The notes beneath the pieces are model-generated. The model was not told the DNA's origin. It saw only the letters and a program-made list of their open reading frames with translations, and did not search any database. A program made the translations under genes and the position numbers. From Candidatus Bipolaricaulota bacterium (GTDB lineage: Bacteria > Patescibacteriota > Patescibacteriia > UBA11705 > DATKZF01), in NCBI GenBank assembly GCA_035528115.1, contig DATKZF010000003.1:22699-86698 (forward strand): a stretch of DNA of 64,000 nt. Reading direction: 5' to 3'. Numbering within the stretch: position 1 is the stretch's first letter; each line of letters starts with the position of its first letter. Of the stretch, positions 48,595 to 57,762 are shown piece after piece.

Positions 48595-49197
48595 ATGATT
48601 CCACTTAAATTCTACAATCAATCCACTCTAAAAATCGCCCAAGCTCTCTTGGGTCAATTTATTGTCCGCGAAATCAATGGCCGAAAACTAATGGGCAAAA
48701 TCGTGGAGACCGAAAGCTATGTCGGTTTCAATGACTTGGCCTCGCATGCTTCTCGCGGAAAAACGGACAGAACGAAAATCATGTTCGGCCCGGCCGGACA
48801 TGCTTACATTTATTTGATTTACGGAATGTACTGTTGCTTCAATATTGTCACTGAAAAAAAAGATTATCCGGCCGCGGTTTTGATTCGAGCGGTCGAACCG
48901 ATCGAGGGCATTGATCAAATGCTGAAAAATCGTAAACTTCAATCCCCGATTTCCAATTCAAAATTTCTAATTTCAATTTCCAACGGCCCGTCCAAATTCT
49001 GCCAAGCCTTTGCCATTGATCGCAAATTAAACGATCACGCGCTGAATAAAAAACCCCTGTATTTAATCAAGGGCGAAAAAATCAAACCATCTCAAATGGT
49101 CAAAGCGACGCGGATCGGCGTTGATTACTCCGGCGAATACGCCAAAAAGAAATGGCGGTTTTATATTAAAGGCAATGCGTTTGTTTCGAAAAAATAA
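48595..49197 (+). CDS. mpg: DNA-3-methyladenine glycosylase (Mpg/AAG family)
   Basis: LLGQFIVR...GKIVETESYVG...GPAGHAYIYLIYGMYCCFNIV...AAVLIRAVEP matches the MPG consensus; start set to ATG 48595 because upstream is a repeat. Confidence 0.8.
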   Translation: MIPLKFYNQSTLKIAQALLGQFIVREINGRKLMGKIVETESYVGFNDLASHASRGKTDRTKIMFGPAGHAYIYLIYGMYCCFNIVTEKKDYPAAVLIRAVEPIEGIDQMLKNRKLQSPISNSKFLISISNGPSKFCQAFAIDRKLNDHALNKKPLYLIKGEKIKPSQMVKATRIGVDYSGEYAKKKWRFYIKGNAFVSKK

Positions 49198-49246
49198 AAT
49201 TTCTACCCCACTTTAGTGGGCCGACTAAAAGTCGGGCAGACAATTT

Positions 49247-51292
49247 TTATTCAAAATGCAAAGACACCTTGGTCTCTTCGACTTTCTTTTTCAATTCTTC
49301 AAACTCATCTAGCCTCGGCGCGTATTTAATGGCGTCGCCTTGCGCCTTTTTAATCAATTCAATATCGGTCAAGCTGGCGATTTTCAAATCCGGCAAACCC
49401 GATTGGCGCGTGCCGTAAACTTCGCCGGGACCGCGAAGTTCGAGATCCATTTCCGCCAATTTAAAACCGTCATTGGTTCTTTCCAAAGCCTTTAACCGCT
49501 TAAAAGCGATGTCGTTCAAATTCTCGCCGAACAAAAAGCAATAAGACTGCTCCTCTCCCCTGCCCACTCGACCGCGGAATTGATGCAGCTGAGCCAGCCC
49601 GAATCGAGCAGCTCCTTCGATCGCCATGATCGCGGCGTTGGGCACGTCCACTCCCACTTCCACCACCGAAGTCGATACCAAAATATCGATTTTTTTATTT
49701 AAAAAATTTTGCATCACTTCATTTTTTTCTTTTGATTTCATTTTGCCGTGCAGCATGGAGATTTTTAAATCCGTGAAAATGTGTTTTGATAATTTTTCAA
49801 ATTCCTCGGTCACGCTCTTGACTCCCAATTTGTCGCTTTCTTCAATCAACGGACAAATAACAAAAACTTGTCTGCCTTCCTTGATTTTGTCTTTGATGAA
49901 TTTATAAGCTTGCGGCCGTTTGTCCTCAGTCACCAATTTCGTGATTATCGGCTTTCTGCCTTTCGGTTTTTCTTTAATGACGGAAACGTCCAAATCGCCG
50001 TACAAAGTCAAAACCAGAGACCTGGGAATGGGCGTGGCGGTCAATGACAGAAAATGCGGCACCAAATTCACTCCGGTTTCAACCAACTTTCTTCTCTGAT
50101 CCACGCCGAAGCGATGCTGTTCGTCCACGGCCACCAAAGCCAAGTCTTTTATTTTCACCTCATCGGAAATCAAGGCGTGCGTGCCGATGACCAAATCAAT
50201 TTCGCCGGTTAATAAACCTTCAAGAATCATCTTTTTGCTCGCCTTTTCTTGGCCATAAATCATTTTGCTCGAGCCGGTCAAAAGCGCGACTTTGACTTTC
50301 GGCGATAAAAACCTCGACAGGCTTTCAAAATGCTGGCGCGCCAAAATTTCCGTGGGAGCCATCAAAGCGCTTTGAAAACCGTTTAAGGCCACGTTCAAAA
50401 TGGCCAAGCCGACCACGATTGTTTTGCCCGAGCCGACATCTCCTTCGAGCAATCTGTTCATGGGCTTTTCTTTGTCCAAATCAAGTAAAATCTCCCAAGC
50501 CGCTTTTTTCTGATCATCGGTCAGCGTAAACGGCAATTTGGCCACGAAGTCTTTGGTGGCTTTTTCCAAAAACTTCACTTTGGGAGAGTTTTCTTTCGCC
50601 AAATCCTCGCGGTATTTTTGAATTTTCAATTGAATTAAAAACAATTCGTCGAATTTCAATCTTTCTTTGGCTTGTTCCATCAATTCTTTTGATTTGGGAA
50701 AATGAATGTTTTCAATCGCTTCGGTTATTTTCAAGAATTTGTTTTTCGCCATCAATTCATTCGGCAAAAATTCTTTCAATTCTTTGGCCAAAGGCAGGCA
50801 CTGCTTAATCCAATATCGAAATTGCTTTTGCGTCAAACTTCCGCTCAACGAATAAACGGGTTGCAGCCGCTCGGTCATAGTGCTGAATGAAGAAACTTTT
50901 TCGTAAAACGGGCTGATCATTTGCTGATGATAATTGTCGGAAACTTTTCCGGCCAAATACACCTCACTGCCCACGGGCAAAGTTTTGGTTAAAAATGGCT
51001 GATTGAACCAAACCACGTTCAGTTGACCCGAGTCATCGGAAACGACCGCTTCGGTGACGAATTTTCGCTGACGCCGACTTCTTCTGTTGGCGATCAAATC
51101 GATTTTGACCTTCACCGTGGCGTTTTCATCCGGCGTTAAGTCCGCGATAGTCCGCACAGAGGTAAAGTCGTCATAGCGAAACGGAAAATGAAAAAGCAGG
51201 TCATGCAAATCTAAAATACCCAATTTTTCCAATTGTTTGGACATTCCTTTGCCCACGCGATGCAGCATCTCGATTGATTGATCAAGTCGCAT
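49247..51292 (-). CDS. recG: ATP-dependent DNA helicase RecG
   Basis: wedge/OB N-terminal domain; helicase motifs GDVGSGKT and DEQHRFGV; start set at MRLDQSIE. Confidence 0.85.
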   Translation of the reverse strand: MRLDQSIEMLHRVGKGMSKQLEKLGILDLHDLLFHFPFRYDDFTSVRTIADLTPDENATVKVKIDLIANRRSRRQRKFVTEAVVSDDSGQLNVVWFNQPFLTKTLPVGSEVYLAGKVSDNYHQQMISPFYEKVSSFSTMTERLQPVYSLSGSLTQKQFRYWIKQCLPLAKELKEFLPNELMAKNKFLKITEAIENIHFPKSKELMEQAKERLKFDELFLIQLKIQKYREDLAKENSPKVKFLEKATKDFVAKLPFTLTDDQKKAAWEILLDLDKEKPMNRLLEGDVGSGKTIVVGLAILNVALNGFQSALMAPTEILARQHFESLSRFLSPKVKVALLTGSSKMIYGQEKASKKMILEGLLTGEIDLVIGTHALISDEVKIKDLALVAVDEQHRFGVDQRRKLVETGVNLVPHFLSLTATPIPRSLVLTLYGDLDVSVIKEKPKGRKPIITKLVTEDKRPQAYKFIKDKIKEGRQVFVICPLIEESDKLGVKSVTEEFEKLSKHIFTDLKISMLHGKMKSKEKNEVMQNFLNKKIDILVSTSVVEVGVDVPNAAIMAIEGAARFGLAQLHQFRGRVGRGEEQSYCFLFGENLNDIAFKRLKALERTNDGFKLAEMDLELRGPGEVYGTRQSGLPDLKIASLTDIELIKKAQGDAIKYAPRLDEFEELKKKVEETKVSLHFE

Positions 51293-51438
51293 ATACACAT
51301 AGTTTACAAGATCGGCGTTAAAATTCAATCCTGAAAAGCCCAAGAGAGCGGAAAGTCAAGCTTTCCGCTCAATTTACGCCCCGATATCATTAAAACAAAA
51401 AAATCCCCGCCAAAGGGACTTTAATCTTTCAACTGAAA

Positions 51439-51515
51439 TGGCGTACCCGACAGGAATCGAACCTGTAACCTCCAGCTCCGCAAGCTGACGCTCTATCCAG
51501 TTGAGCTACGGGTAC
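51439..51515 (-). tRNA. tRNA-Arg (anticodon read as GCG)
   Basis: perfect 7-bp acceptor GTACCCG/CGGGTAC; D arm GCTCAACTGGATAGAGC; anticodon loop TTGCGGA; T arm ACAGGTTCGATTCCTGT; CCA encoded. Confidence 0.75.
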
Positions 51516-51608
51516 ACATTCTTTCAAGCCAACTGCCTGCCGCGTCGTTCGCCAACGACGTGACCTGTCCGCCGTAGCGCATAGGTTAGCGAGTAGCGAA
51601 GCAGGAAA

Positions 51609-52103
51609 TCACATCTTGAAAAACTTAGCCAGCCTATCAGACAATTCTTCTTCCTCTTTTTCCAAATCCTCGAACAAATATTGTTTCAAACTATCTCTGA
51701 CTTTATTCGGATCAACTTCTTCCAGCGGCACGGGCAAGCTTCTTTTCAGCGGATTCTTATATTCCAAATAAAGCAATTTGGCCGGCGGATTGTAAATCAG
51801 CCAAAAATTTTCCAATTCTTGAAAAGCGTAAAATTTCCGCCCGATCATAATCCCGTCTTCAGTCACGGCGGCTTTCACTTTTTGAGGAGCTTGATAATGC
51901 TGAATTACCCCGATAAAAGCGGCCAACACCACTATCGCGCCGAACAAAATATTCCCGGTCCAAACGGCATATATTAAAAATATCGCGAATATGACAATGG
52001 CCGCCGCGTACCAGCCTTTGCCGCGGCTATGCTTTTCGAATTCATCAAAAGTCCATTCTATTAAAACTTCCGGATCGCCTCCGCTGTTTTTATTTTCCTC
52101 CAT
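51609..52103 (-). CDS. hypothetical membrane protein
   Basis: 164 aa; two TM helices near the N-terminus. Confidence 0.45.
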   Translation of the reverse strand: MEENKNSGGDPEVLIEWTFDEFEKHSRGKGWYAAAIVIFAIFLIYAVWTGNILFGAIVVLAAFIGVIQHYQAPQKVKAAVTEDGIMIGRKFYAFQELENFWLIYNPPAKLLYLEYKNPLKRSLPVPLEEVDPNKVRDSLKQYLFEDLEKEEEELSDRLAKFFKM

Positions 52104-52117
52104 ATGATTCTATCTAT

Positions 52118-52272
52118 TAAATGCCTTGATAATTTATATAAACTCCGATGGCGCTATTTATCAAAGTCAACACCAAAAATATTATACTTAAAACAAGTCC
52201 GGCAATGGCTTGTTTGGCTTTCTTGGCGGAGATATCTTCTTTTTTTGTCTCCATAATATTTCCGTTTGCCAT
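52118..52272 (-). CDS. small (about 50 aa) putative membrane protein, not in the ORF track
   Basis: reverse-strand ORF MANGNIMETKKEDISAKKAKQAIAGLVLSIIFLVLTLINSAIGVYINYQGI directly upstream of the 51609 gene. Confidence 0.3.
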
Positions 52273-52314
52273 AATTTATTTTTATTTTATTTGTTAATGA
52301 CTGAGCTGGCGGAG

Positions 52315-52338
52315 CCACGTCGTTCGAGAACGACGTGG
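52315..52338 (-). terminator. hairpin ccacgtcgttcgagaacgacgtgg abutting the tRNA-Ser 3' end
   Basis: perfect 10-bp stem; its terminal tgg supplies the encoded CCA. Confidence 0.5.
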
Positions 52339-52425
52339 CGGAGAGGGCGGGAGTCGAACCCGCACACCGCTTTTAGACGGTGACGGTTTAGCAAACCGCT
52401 GCCTTACCATTCGGCGCACCTCTCC
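52336..52425 (-). tRNA. tRNA-Ser(GCT), intact copy
   Basis: class II tRNA; acceptor GGAGAGG/CCTCTCC; anticodon stem-loop CGGTT-TGCTAAA-AACCG; long variable arm CACCG..CGGTG; T arm GCGGGTTCGACTCCCGC. Confidence 0.8.
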
Positions 52426-52495
52426 CTGATCACATATCACGTATCATGAAACACATAACAATCTATGGCCTGCCAGCCGTAGCCTTGGCGAAGGC
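52426..52495. repeat. 70-bp tRNA spacer repeat (copy 1; copy 2 at 52660-52729)
   Basis: ctgatcacatatcacgtatcatgaaacacataacaatctatggcctgccagccgtagccttggcgaaggctg, repeated with 3 mismatches. Confidence 0.8.
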
Positions 52496-52659
52496 TGACG
52501 GAGAGGGCGGGAGTCGCCCAGTACCAGAGCGAAGCACGGTACTGGGCGCCCCGAACCGTTCGAGCCAGAGGCTCGATCTGGTTTGGGGCGAACCCGCACA
52601 CCGCTTTTAGACGGTGACGGTTTAGCAAACCGCTGCCTTACCATTCGGCGCACCTCTCC
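52496..52659 (-). tRNA. tRNA-Ser(GCT) duplicate interrupted by a 74-nt insertion in the T-loop (intron-like element or pseudogene)
   Basis: identical to the 52336-52425 copy except the 3' end reads GTCA and a 74-nt insert splits GCGGGTT|CGACTCCCGC. Confidence 0.6.
52517..52590 (-). other. 74-nt structured insertion within the tRNA-Ser T-loop
   Basis: two strong hairpins: cccagtacc-12 nt-ggtactggg (9-bp stem) and gcccc...ttcgagcc-agag-gctcga...ggggc; boundary ambiguous by 1 nt (g at both ends). Confidence 0.6.
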
Positions 52660-52728
52660 CTGATCACATATCACGTATCTTGAAACACATAGCAATCTAT
52701 GGCCTGCCAGCCGTAGCCTTGGCGAAGG

Positions 52729-52819
<91 letters not shown>

Positions 52820-52867
52820 ATTAAACGATCTCATCCATTTTAGCATAATCGGCCATTTTTGTAAATA

Positions 52868-53782
52868 TTACACCTTTAGATACTTGCTGATGGCCAGGCC
52901 GCTGCTGAAAATAGTCAAAAATACCGCGCCGAGCAATTCAAGACCGAAAATAACGAAGAAATGGCTGTTGAAATAAGTGAGCAAATCAAAACCGTAATCC
53001 GCCAAAAGATTACTGAAATACGGCTGCATTAAACCTAGCAGCGGATATAAAATGACCACGGACAAAACAACGCTCAAAACAGCGTAAATTATACTGCTTA
53101 TTAAAAACGGAGTTCTGATGAACCAATTTGTGGCGCCGACTAGCCGCATGACTCCGATCTCTTCCTTATGAGTGTAAATAATCACCCTGATCGCGTTATA
53201 AACAATCAAAACGGCGATAAGGCCGAATATGGCGCTCATGGCCAGGCCGAATCTCTCCACTTTGCCGGTCACGCTGTTTATTCTGTCAATAATCAATCGA
53301 TGATCCGCAAAATCCTTGTCCTGAATCAAATCCTCAAAATCCGGATTTTCAAGCAAGGCCAAAACCGCGTCATAATCATCCGCGGAATTCGCTTTGACTA
53401 TAATGGAATTCAATAACGGATTTTCTCCTATTTCCGAAAGCGTCTCGTTTATTTTTTGGTCGTCCTGGTGTTTCTCTTTGAATTTTTCCAGCGCCTCTTC
53501 TTTGGAAACAAAAACGACTTCTTTCACTTGCGGCGCTTCTCGCAGCTTGGCCGATAAATTTTCTATTTCCGCTTGGCTCGCCGATTCGGTAAAAAACACG
53601 CTGACATCGATTTTATCCTGAACCGAAGAGATGACTTCATCTGTCATGGCATTCATTAATATCAAAACGTTGACTGACAGCAGCGCCAAAGTCAAAATAC
53701 TGACTGTTACCAGTGAAAGCCAAATATTGCGATAGAAATCCTGAACCGCGAATTTTATTATGCGAAAAGCGGCGACAAACAT
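52868..53782 (-). CDS. ftsX: cell division permease FtsX-like
   Basis: 304 aa; 4 TM helices with a large periplasmic loop; adjacent to ftsE. Confidence 0.8.
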   Translation of the reverse strand: MFVAAFRIIKFAVQDFYRNIWLSLVTVSILTLALLSVNVLILMNAMTDEVISSVQDKIDVSVFFTESASQAEIENLSAKLREAPQVKEVVFVSKEEALEKFKEKHQDDQKINETLSEIGENPLLNSIIVKANSADDYDAVLALLENPDFEDLIQDKDFADHRLIIDRINSVTGKVERFGLAMSAIFGLIAVLIVYNAIRVIIYTHKEEIGVMRLVGATNWFIRTPFLISSIIYAVLSVVLSVVILYPLLGLMQPYFSNLLADYGFDLLTYFNSHFFVIFGLELLGAVFLTIFSSGLAISKYLKV

Positions 53783-53870
53783 ATTTTAGTTAAAGTGGTT
53801 AGAAGAGTTAAAGTAGTTAGAATAGTTCGATTTTAACTCTTTTAACTAATCTAACTTTTATAACCGCGAA

Positions 53871-54551
53871 CTATAAAATATAACGACCGTGTTTTTGATC
53901 GCTGACGATCCTCCCTTTATCCAAAGTAATTACTCTTTGTTTTAATAAATTAACTATTTCCCGATTGTGCGTGACCAATAAAACAGTGGTGCCGAGTTCA
54001 TTTATCTTCACCAATAAATCAATTATTTCTTTGCTATTGATGGAATCCAAATTACCCGTCGGCTCATCCGCCAAAAGTATCTTCGGACGATGAATCAACG
54101 CTCTGGCAATGGCTACGCGTTGCTGTTCGCCTCCCGAGAGCTGTCTCGGGTATCGACCCAGCTTATCTTCCAAACCGACGACTTTCAAAATTTGCGGCAC
54201 GATCTTTTTTATTTTGCCGTGCGGCGCGCCGCAGACCTCAAGCGCGAAGGCGATATTTTCAAAAATAGTTTTTTTCGGCAATAATTTAAAATCCTGAAAA
54301 ATGACCCCTATTTGCCGGCGTAAAATGGAAATATCGCGATATTTAATATTGGTGATATTCCAGCCTCCCACGTAAATCTCTCCCTTGGTCGGTTTTTCCT
54401 CGGCGGTCAACATTTTCACCAAAGTGGTTTTGCCGGTGCCGCTCTGGCCGACGATTGACACAAACTCACGCGGCTTGATATGCAAATTAATGCCGCTAAG
54501 CGCTTTGGAATTCGCGATATATTGTTTGGTTACCCCCTTGAATCGTATCAT
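53871..54551 (-). CDS. ftsE: cell division ATP-binding protein FtsE (ABC ATPase)
   Basis: Walker A GQSGTGKTT; ABC signature LSGGEQQRVAIARAL; Walker B ILLADEPTGNLD; start at MIRFKGV. Confidence 0.85.
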   Translation of the reverse strand: MIRFKGVTKQYIANSKALSGINLHIKPREFVSIVGQSGTGKTTLVKMLTAEEKPTKGEIYVGGWNITNIKYRDISILRRQIGVIFQDFKLLPKKTIFENIAFALEVCGAPHGKIKKIVPQILKVVGLEDKLGRYPRQLSGGEQQRVAIARALIHRPKILLADEPTGNLDSINSKEIIDLLVKINELGTTVLLVTHNREIVNLLKQRVITLDKGRIVSDQKHGRYIL

Positions 54552-54577
54552 AAAGAAAATTGAATATTTCAAAACTT

Positions 54578-55369
54578 TTATTCCGCCAATTTCTCCAATT
54601 CGACTCTGACATTGGGCAAGATTCCCATGCGCGTCGAACCTATTTGAGAAAACGCCACTTTATCCAAATCAATCACGCGCTCCGGAAAAATATTTCGTTC
54701 CGGTCCGAAGTCATTGACTCTGACGATAATTGATTTATCATTGTCCAAATTCGTGACTTTAAGCAAACTGCCTTTTGGATAATCCGGAGACGCCGCGCAG
54801 TCGCAATCTTTGTAAGCGTACCAGCTGGCTTGTCCGAATTCCATTTTGCCCGTGGAATCCGTCCTGGTTAAAACGACCAATCTGGCGTACGGCAAATGAA
54901 AAGCCGCTTTGACGATTGCATCTCCGGCGCTGGCCGAAGGCAATTCCTGCCAAACCGCGTCCACGCCATTCCAAAAATAAATTCTTTTCTTCTGGGTCTC
55001 CGGCCTGAAAGTGCGCATGGTAACCCATACAGGTTTTTCATCGTTGAAATATTCTTTATTTTTTACATCAAATTCATACACATCGCTTAAAGACTCAAAC
55101 CCTTCGGGGAAATCAAACATTTCCCTGCTCAATTGCTTGGTGACGACCTCGGTCGGAGAATTCAAAACATCCGGAGTCAGGCCGACGCGAAACACCTGAT
55201 CCATGCTGGTGATGGTATAACCTTTGCTGATAGTCGCTTGATCTATGAATAAATTATTGATAATGGGATCGAAAGCGCCGGCGTCAACCGGGGTTGTCGC
55301 CCAAAACAAAGCGACAATCAAAATCATTGAAATAAAAAGCTTTTGTGAGGTCATAATTGATTTTTTCAT
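54578..55369 (-). CDS. rlpA: RlpA-like double-psi beta-barrel protein (septal ring lytic transglycosylase RlpA family)
   Basis: 263 aa; signal peptide; GQASWYAY...VTNLDNDKSIIVRVNDFGP is the DPBB/RlpA consensus. Confidence 0.7.
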   Translation of the reverse strand: MKKSIMTSQKLFISMILIVALFWATTPVDAGAFDPIINNLFIDQATISKGYTITSMDQVFRVGLTPDVLNSPTEVVTKQLSREMFDFPEGFESLSDVYEFDVKNKEYFNDEKPVWVTMRTFRPETQKKRIYFWNGVDAVWQELPSASAGDAIVKAAFHLPYARLVVLTRTDSTGKMEFGQASWYAYKDCDCAASPDYPKGSLLKVTNLDNDKSIIVRVNDFGPERNIFPERVIDLDKVAFSQIGSTRMGILPNVRVELEKLAE

Positions 55370-55484
55370 AAATCAATGTATAATAATTACTATTATGCCG
55401 AGATAGCTCCCGCCTTCGCCAAGGCTTCGTCGAGCAGGCGACTGGAGCAGCCCAGAATAGGGAGCGATTTTTTCTAAAACTTTT

Positions 55485-55560
55485 GCCTGAGTAGCTCAGT
55501 TGGTAGAGCAATGCTTTCGTAAAGCAGAGGTCGGAGGTTCGATCCCTCTCTCAGGCTCCA
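55485..55560 (+). tRNA. tRNA-Thr(CGT)
   Basis: acceptor GCCTGAG/CTCAGGC; D arm GCTCAGTTGGTAGAGC; anticodon loop TTCGTAA; T arm GGAGGTTCGATCCCTCT; CCA encoded. Confidence 0.8.
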
Positions 55561-55589
55561 ACACGTAAAATTCCTATAACGGGATTTTT

Positions 55590-56561
55590 TTATTTGACGA
55601 ATTTTCTGACTTTGCTGTTGGAAATGTAATCGACCAAATAAGCTTCGAAATCCGAAATTCTGATGAAAATGTCATAAACAAAAGCCTCATCTCCGCCTTC
55701 GCTTCGCTTATCCGTAATTTTAATGATATGAAATCCTTGTTCCGTTTCAATCAAGTCGCTCGTGTCCCCGACCTCCATTGCCATTACCGCGTCTTGCAAA
55801 GCCTTCGGCAACATATCAGCTGACACCCAACCCACTTCGCCACCGAGAGGCGCGAACCTTGAATCCTGACTGTATTTTTTAGCTAAATCCTCAAACGACT
55901 CTTTGCCTTTCTGAACCAATTTCAAAACTTCCTGAGCCAATTTGCGCGGCTCTTTTTTAATATCTTCGTTTTCCGCATATTTTTCGGCAACGCGCTCTTG
56001 ATACACGGAACTCAAAACCATTTCATTAAAAAACGTGTCAAAATCAATACCCACGGCTTCAAGGAACTTGGAATCCACTTCTTCTTTGGTGCCGCCGATC
56101 TCGGTCACCGCCTTTTCTTTTTCCGCCGCAATATCGTCATAACTCAATTTAACATCGAACTTATCAGCCAACTGCATGATAACTTTATCATGGATCAATT
56201 TATCCATCACCGTCTCTTTCAATTCCAGCTCTTGCTCGGACGTTAATTCCGGCTGCTGCTTGGCCACCAGCAACTTGAAATTCTCCAACTCCTTATAATA
56301 ATCGTGCAAGCTGACAATACGATAATTTACCAAAACCGCCGGATAAGGCACGTTGCTCGTCAGCTTATTCAGATAAACATTACTAACGCCGTATTTATAC
56401 GCCAACAGACCAGAAGACAAAACGGCGCAAACCGCGAAAACAATCAGCAGCAACGCCGCCAACGCGTGATGCTTATGAATGAATCCGAAAATCTTTTTTG
56501 TTTCCTTTTTGGCAGAATCTACTTTCTCGGTCGTCAAAATTGATTTATTTTCATTTTCCAT
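55590..56561 (-). CDS. peptidyl-prolyl cis-trans isomerase, PpiC/parvulin type (PrsA/SurA-like), membrane-anchored
   Basis: 323 aa; N-terminal TM; parvulin motif FHIIKI near the C-terminus. Confidence 0.65.
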   Translation of the reverse strand: MENENKSILTTEKVDSAKKETKKIFGFIHKHHALAALLLIVFAVCAVLSSGLLAYKYGVSNVYLNKLTSNVPYPAVLVNYRIVSLHDYYKELENFKLLVAKQQPELTSEQELELKETVMDKLIHDKVIMQLADKFDVKLSYDDIAAEKEKAVTEIGGTKEEVDSKFLEAVGIDFDTFFNEMVLSSVYQERVAEKYAENEDIKKEPRKLAQEVLKLVQKGKESFEDLAKKYSQDSRFAPLGGEVGWVSADMLPKALQDAVMAMEVGDTSDLIETEQGFHIIKITDKRSEGGDEAFVYDIFIRISDFEAYLVDYISNSKVRKFVK

Positions 56562-56567
56562 AATTTT

Positions 56568-56993
56568 TTATGATACTTTATCTCCAAAAAAATAATCCCA
56601 CCATAATTTCACATTGCTTTTGCCGCTTAGCGTCTCCGACGCGGAGGAATTGATTCCGTTGGGACCGTTCACCGACAAGTCGGGAGGAACGTTGTCTTCG
56701 TTAGTTTTTATTAAAACGACTTTCTCTCCTCTTTTTTTGTAATTGAAGTTTTCTCTGGCTGCCTGCTCAATAAATTCCTGCGAATTGTAATTATCGATTA
56801 ACGTGATAAATTCGTCCTGTTCTATTTTCAAACGATCAATTTCTTTTTCCAAGTCTGAAATCTCTTTATCCAATTGATGTTTGTGGATAAACTCCCTGCT
56901 GGCAGCCACTGAAAAAAGGGCAATTAAAACCAGCCCCGAAATAATCAATATTTTTGAGTTGAATTTTCCAAAAAATGTCTTTTTCTCCAACAT
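56568..56993 (-). CDS. septum formation initiator family protein (FtsB/DivIC-like)
   Basis: 141 aa; N-terminal TM then coiled coil (ISDLEKEIDRLKIEQDEF). Confidence 0.55.
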   Translation of the reverse strand: MLEKKTFFGKFNSKILIISGLVLIALFSVAASREFIHKHQLDKEISDLEKEIDRLKIEQDEFITLIDNYNSQEFIEQAARENFNYKKRGEKVVLIKTNEDNVPPDLSVNGPNGINSSASETLSGKSNVKLWWDYFFGDKVS

Positions 56994-57024
56994 GCATTAA
57001 TTATAGCAGAATCGACAACAAGCT

Positions 57025-57762
57025 TCAAATCGATTCCTCTTTCCAATAATCCTCAAGAAATTGATCACGATTTTTCCCTTTATTTTTTGATTTATCTTCA
57101 TTTTTTTCTTCCGCAGCCGGTTCTTTTTTGAGGCGAGAATATATTTTCTTTCGCTCGGTTTCGGGCAAACGTTCGATGCGGGAAAGGATATCTTCGGTTT
57201 CTTCATCCGGGCTTTCCGCCTCATCAGCCTCTTTGGGCTCGACCGCCGATTTTTTTTCAGTTGATTTTTCAATCAAGGTCAATAATAATTTCTGGAGATC
57301 TTCCACGTCCTTGAGATTATAAAGCTCGATCGGATGTTCATTGCCGAAAAACAATATTTCGAGATTGCCGTATTTAAACATTGTCTGCCATAAGCCTTTG
57401 GTGGCGCAAGCGATCTCCCGAATTTGCTCAAAAGGGTATGATGATACTTTCTTTGTAAAAAGACCTTGCTGATCGAAATCAATAATTCTTTTACTGGTAA
57501 TAATAAAGGCGTTCTTATGCCAGAAAAAAACCACTTTCAAAACGTAAAAAACGCTGATGGCCAAAACCGCCAAGAAAATAATACCGCCGATCGCTCCGTT
57601 TTTGAATAAGAAAAACAGCAGAAAAAAATCAATGACAATTATGGCGAAACTGATCAATAAGTGCGGCAAAAAAACCAAAAAGTGATGGCGAACTTTCAAA
57701 ATATAATCCTCATCTTCTTCCAATTTGTAAGGCAATTGAAATTTGGTCATAAAATATATCAT
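57025..57762 (-). CDS. PH-domain (bPH_2/DUF304) membrane protein
   Basis: 245 aa; two TM helices then a PH-like segment (TSKRIIDFDQQGLFTKKVSSYPFEQIREI); acidic C-terminal tail. Confidence 0.5.
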   Translation of the reverse strand: MIYFMTKFQLPYKLEEDEDYILKVRHHFLVFLPHLLISFAIIVIDFFLLFFLFKNGAIGGIIFLAVLAISVFYVLKVVFFWHKNAFIITSKRIIDFDQQGLFTKKVSSYPFEQIREIACATKGLWQTMFKYGNLEILFFGNEHPIELYNLKDVEDLQKLLLTLIEKSTEKKSAVEPKEADEAESPDEETEDILSRIERLPETERKKIYSRLKKEPAAEEKNEDKSKNKGKNRDQFLEDYWKEESI

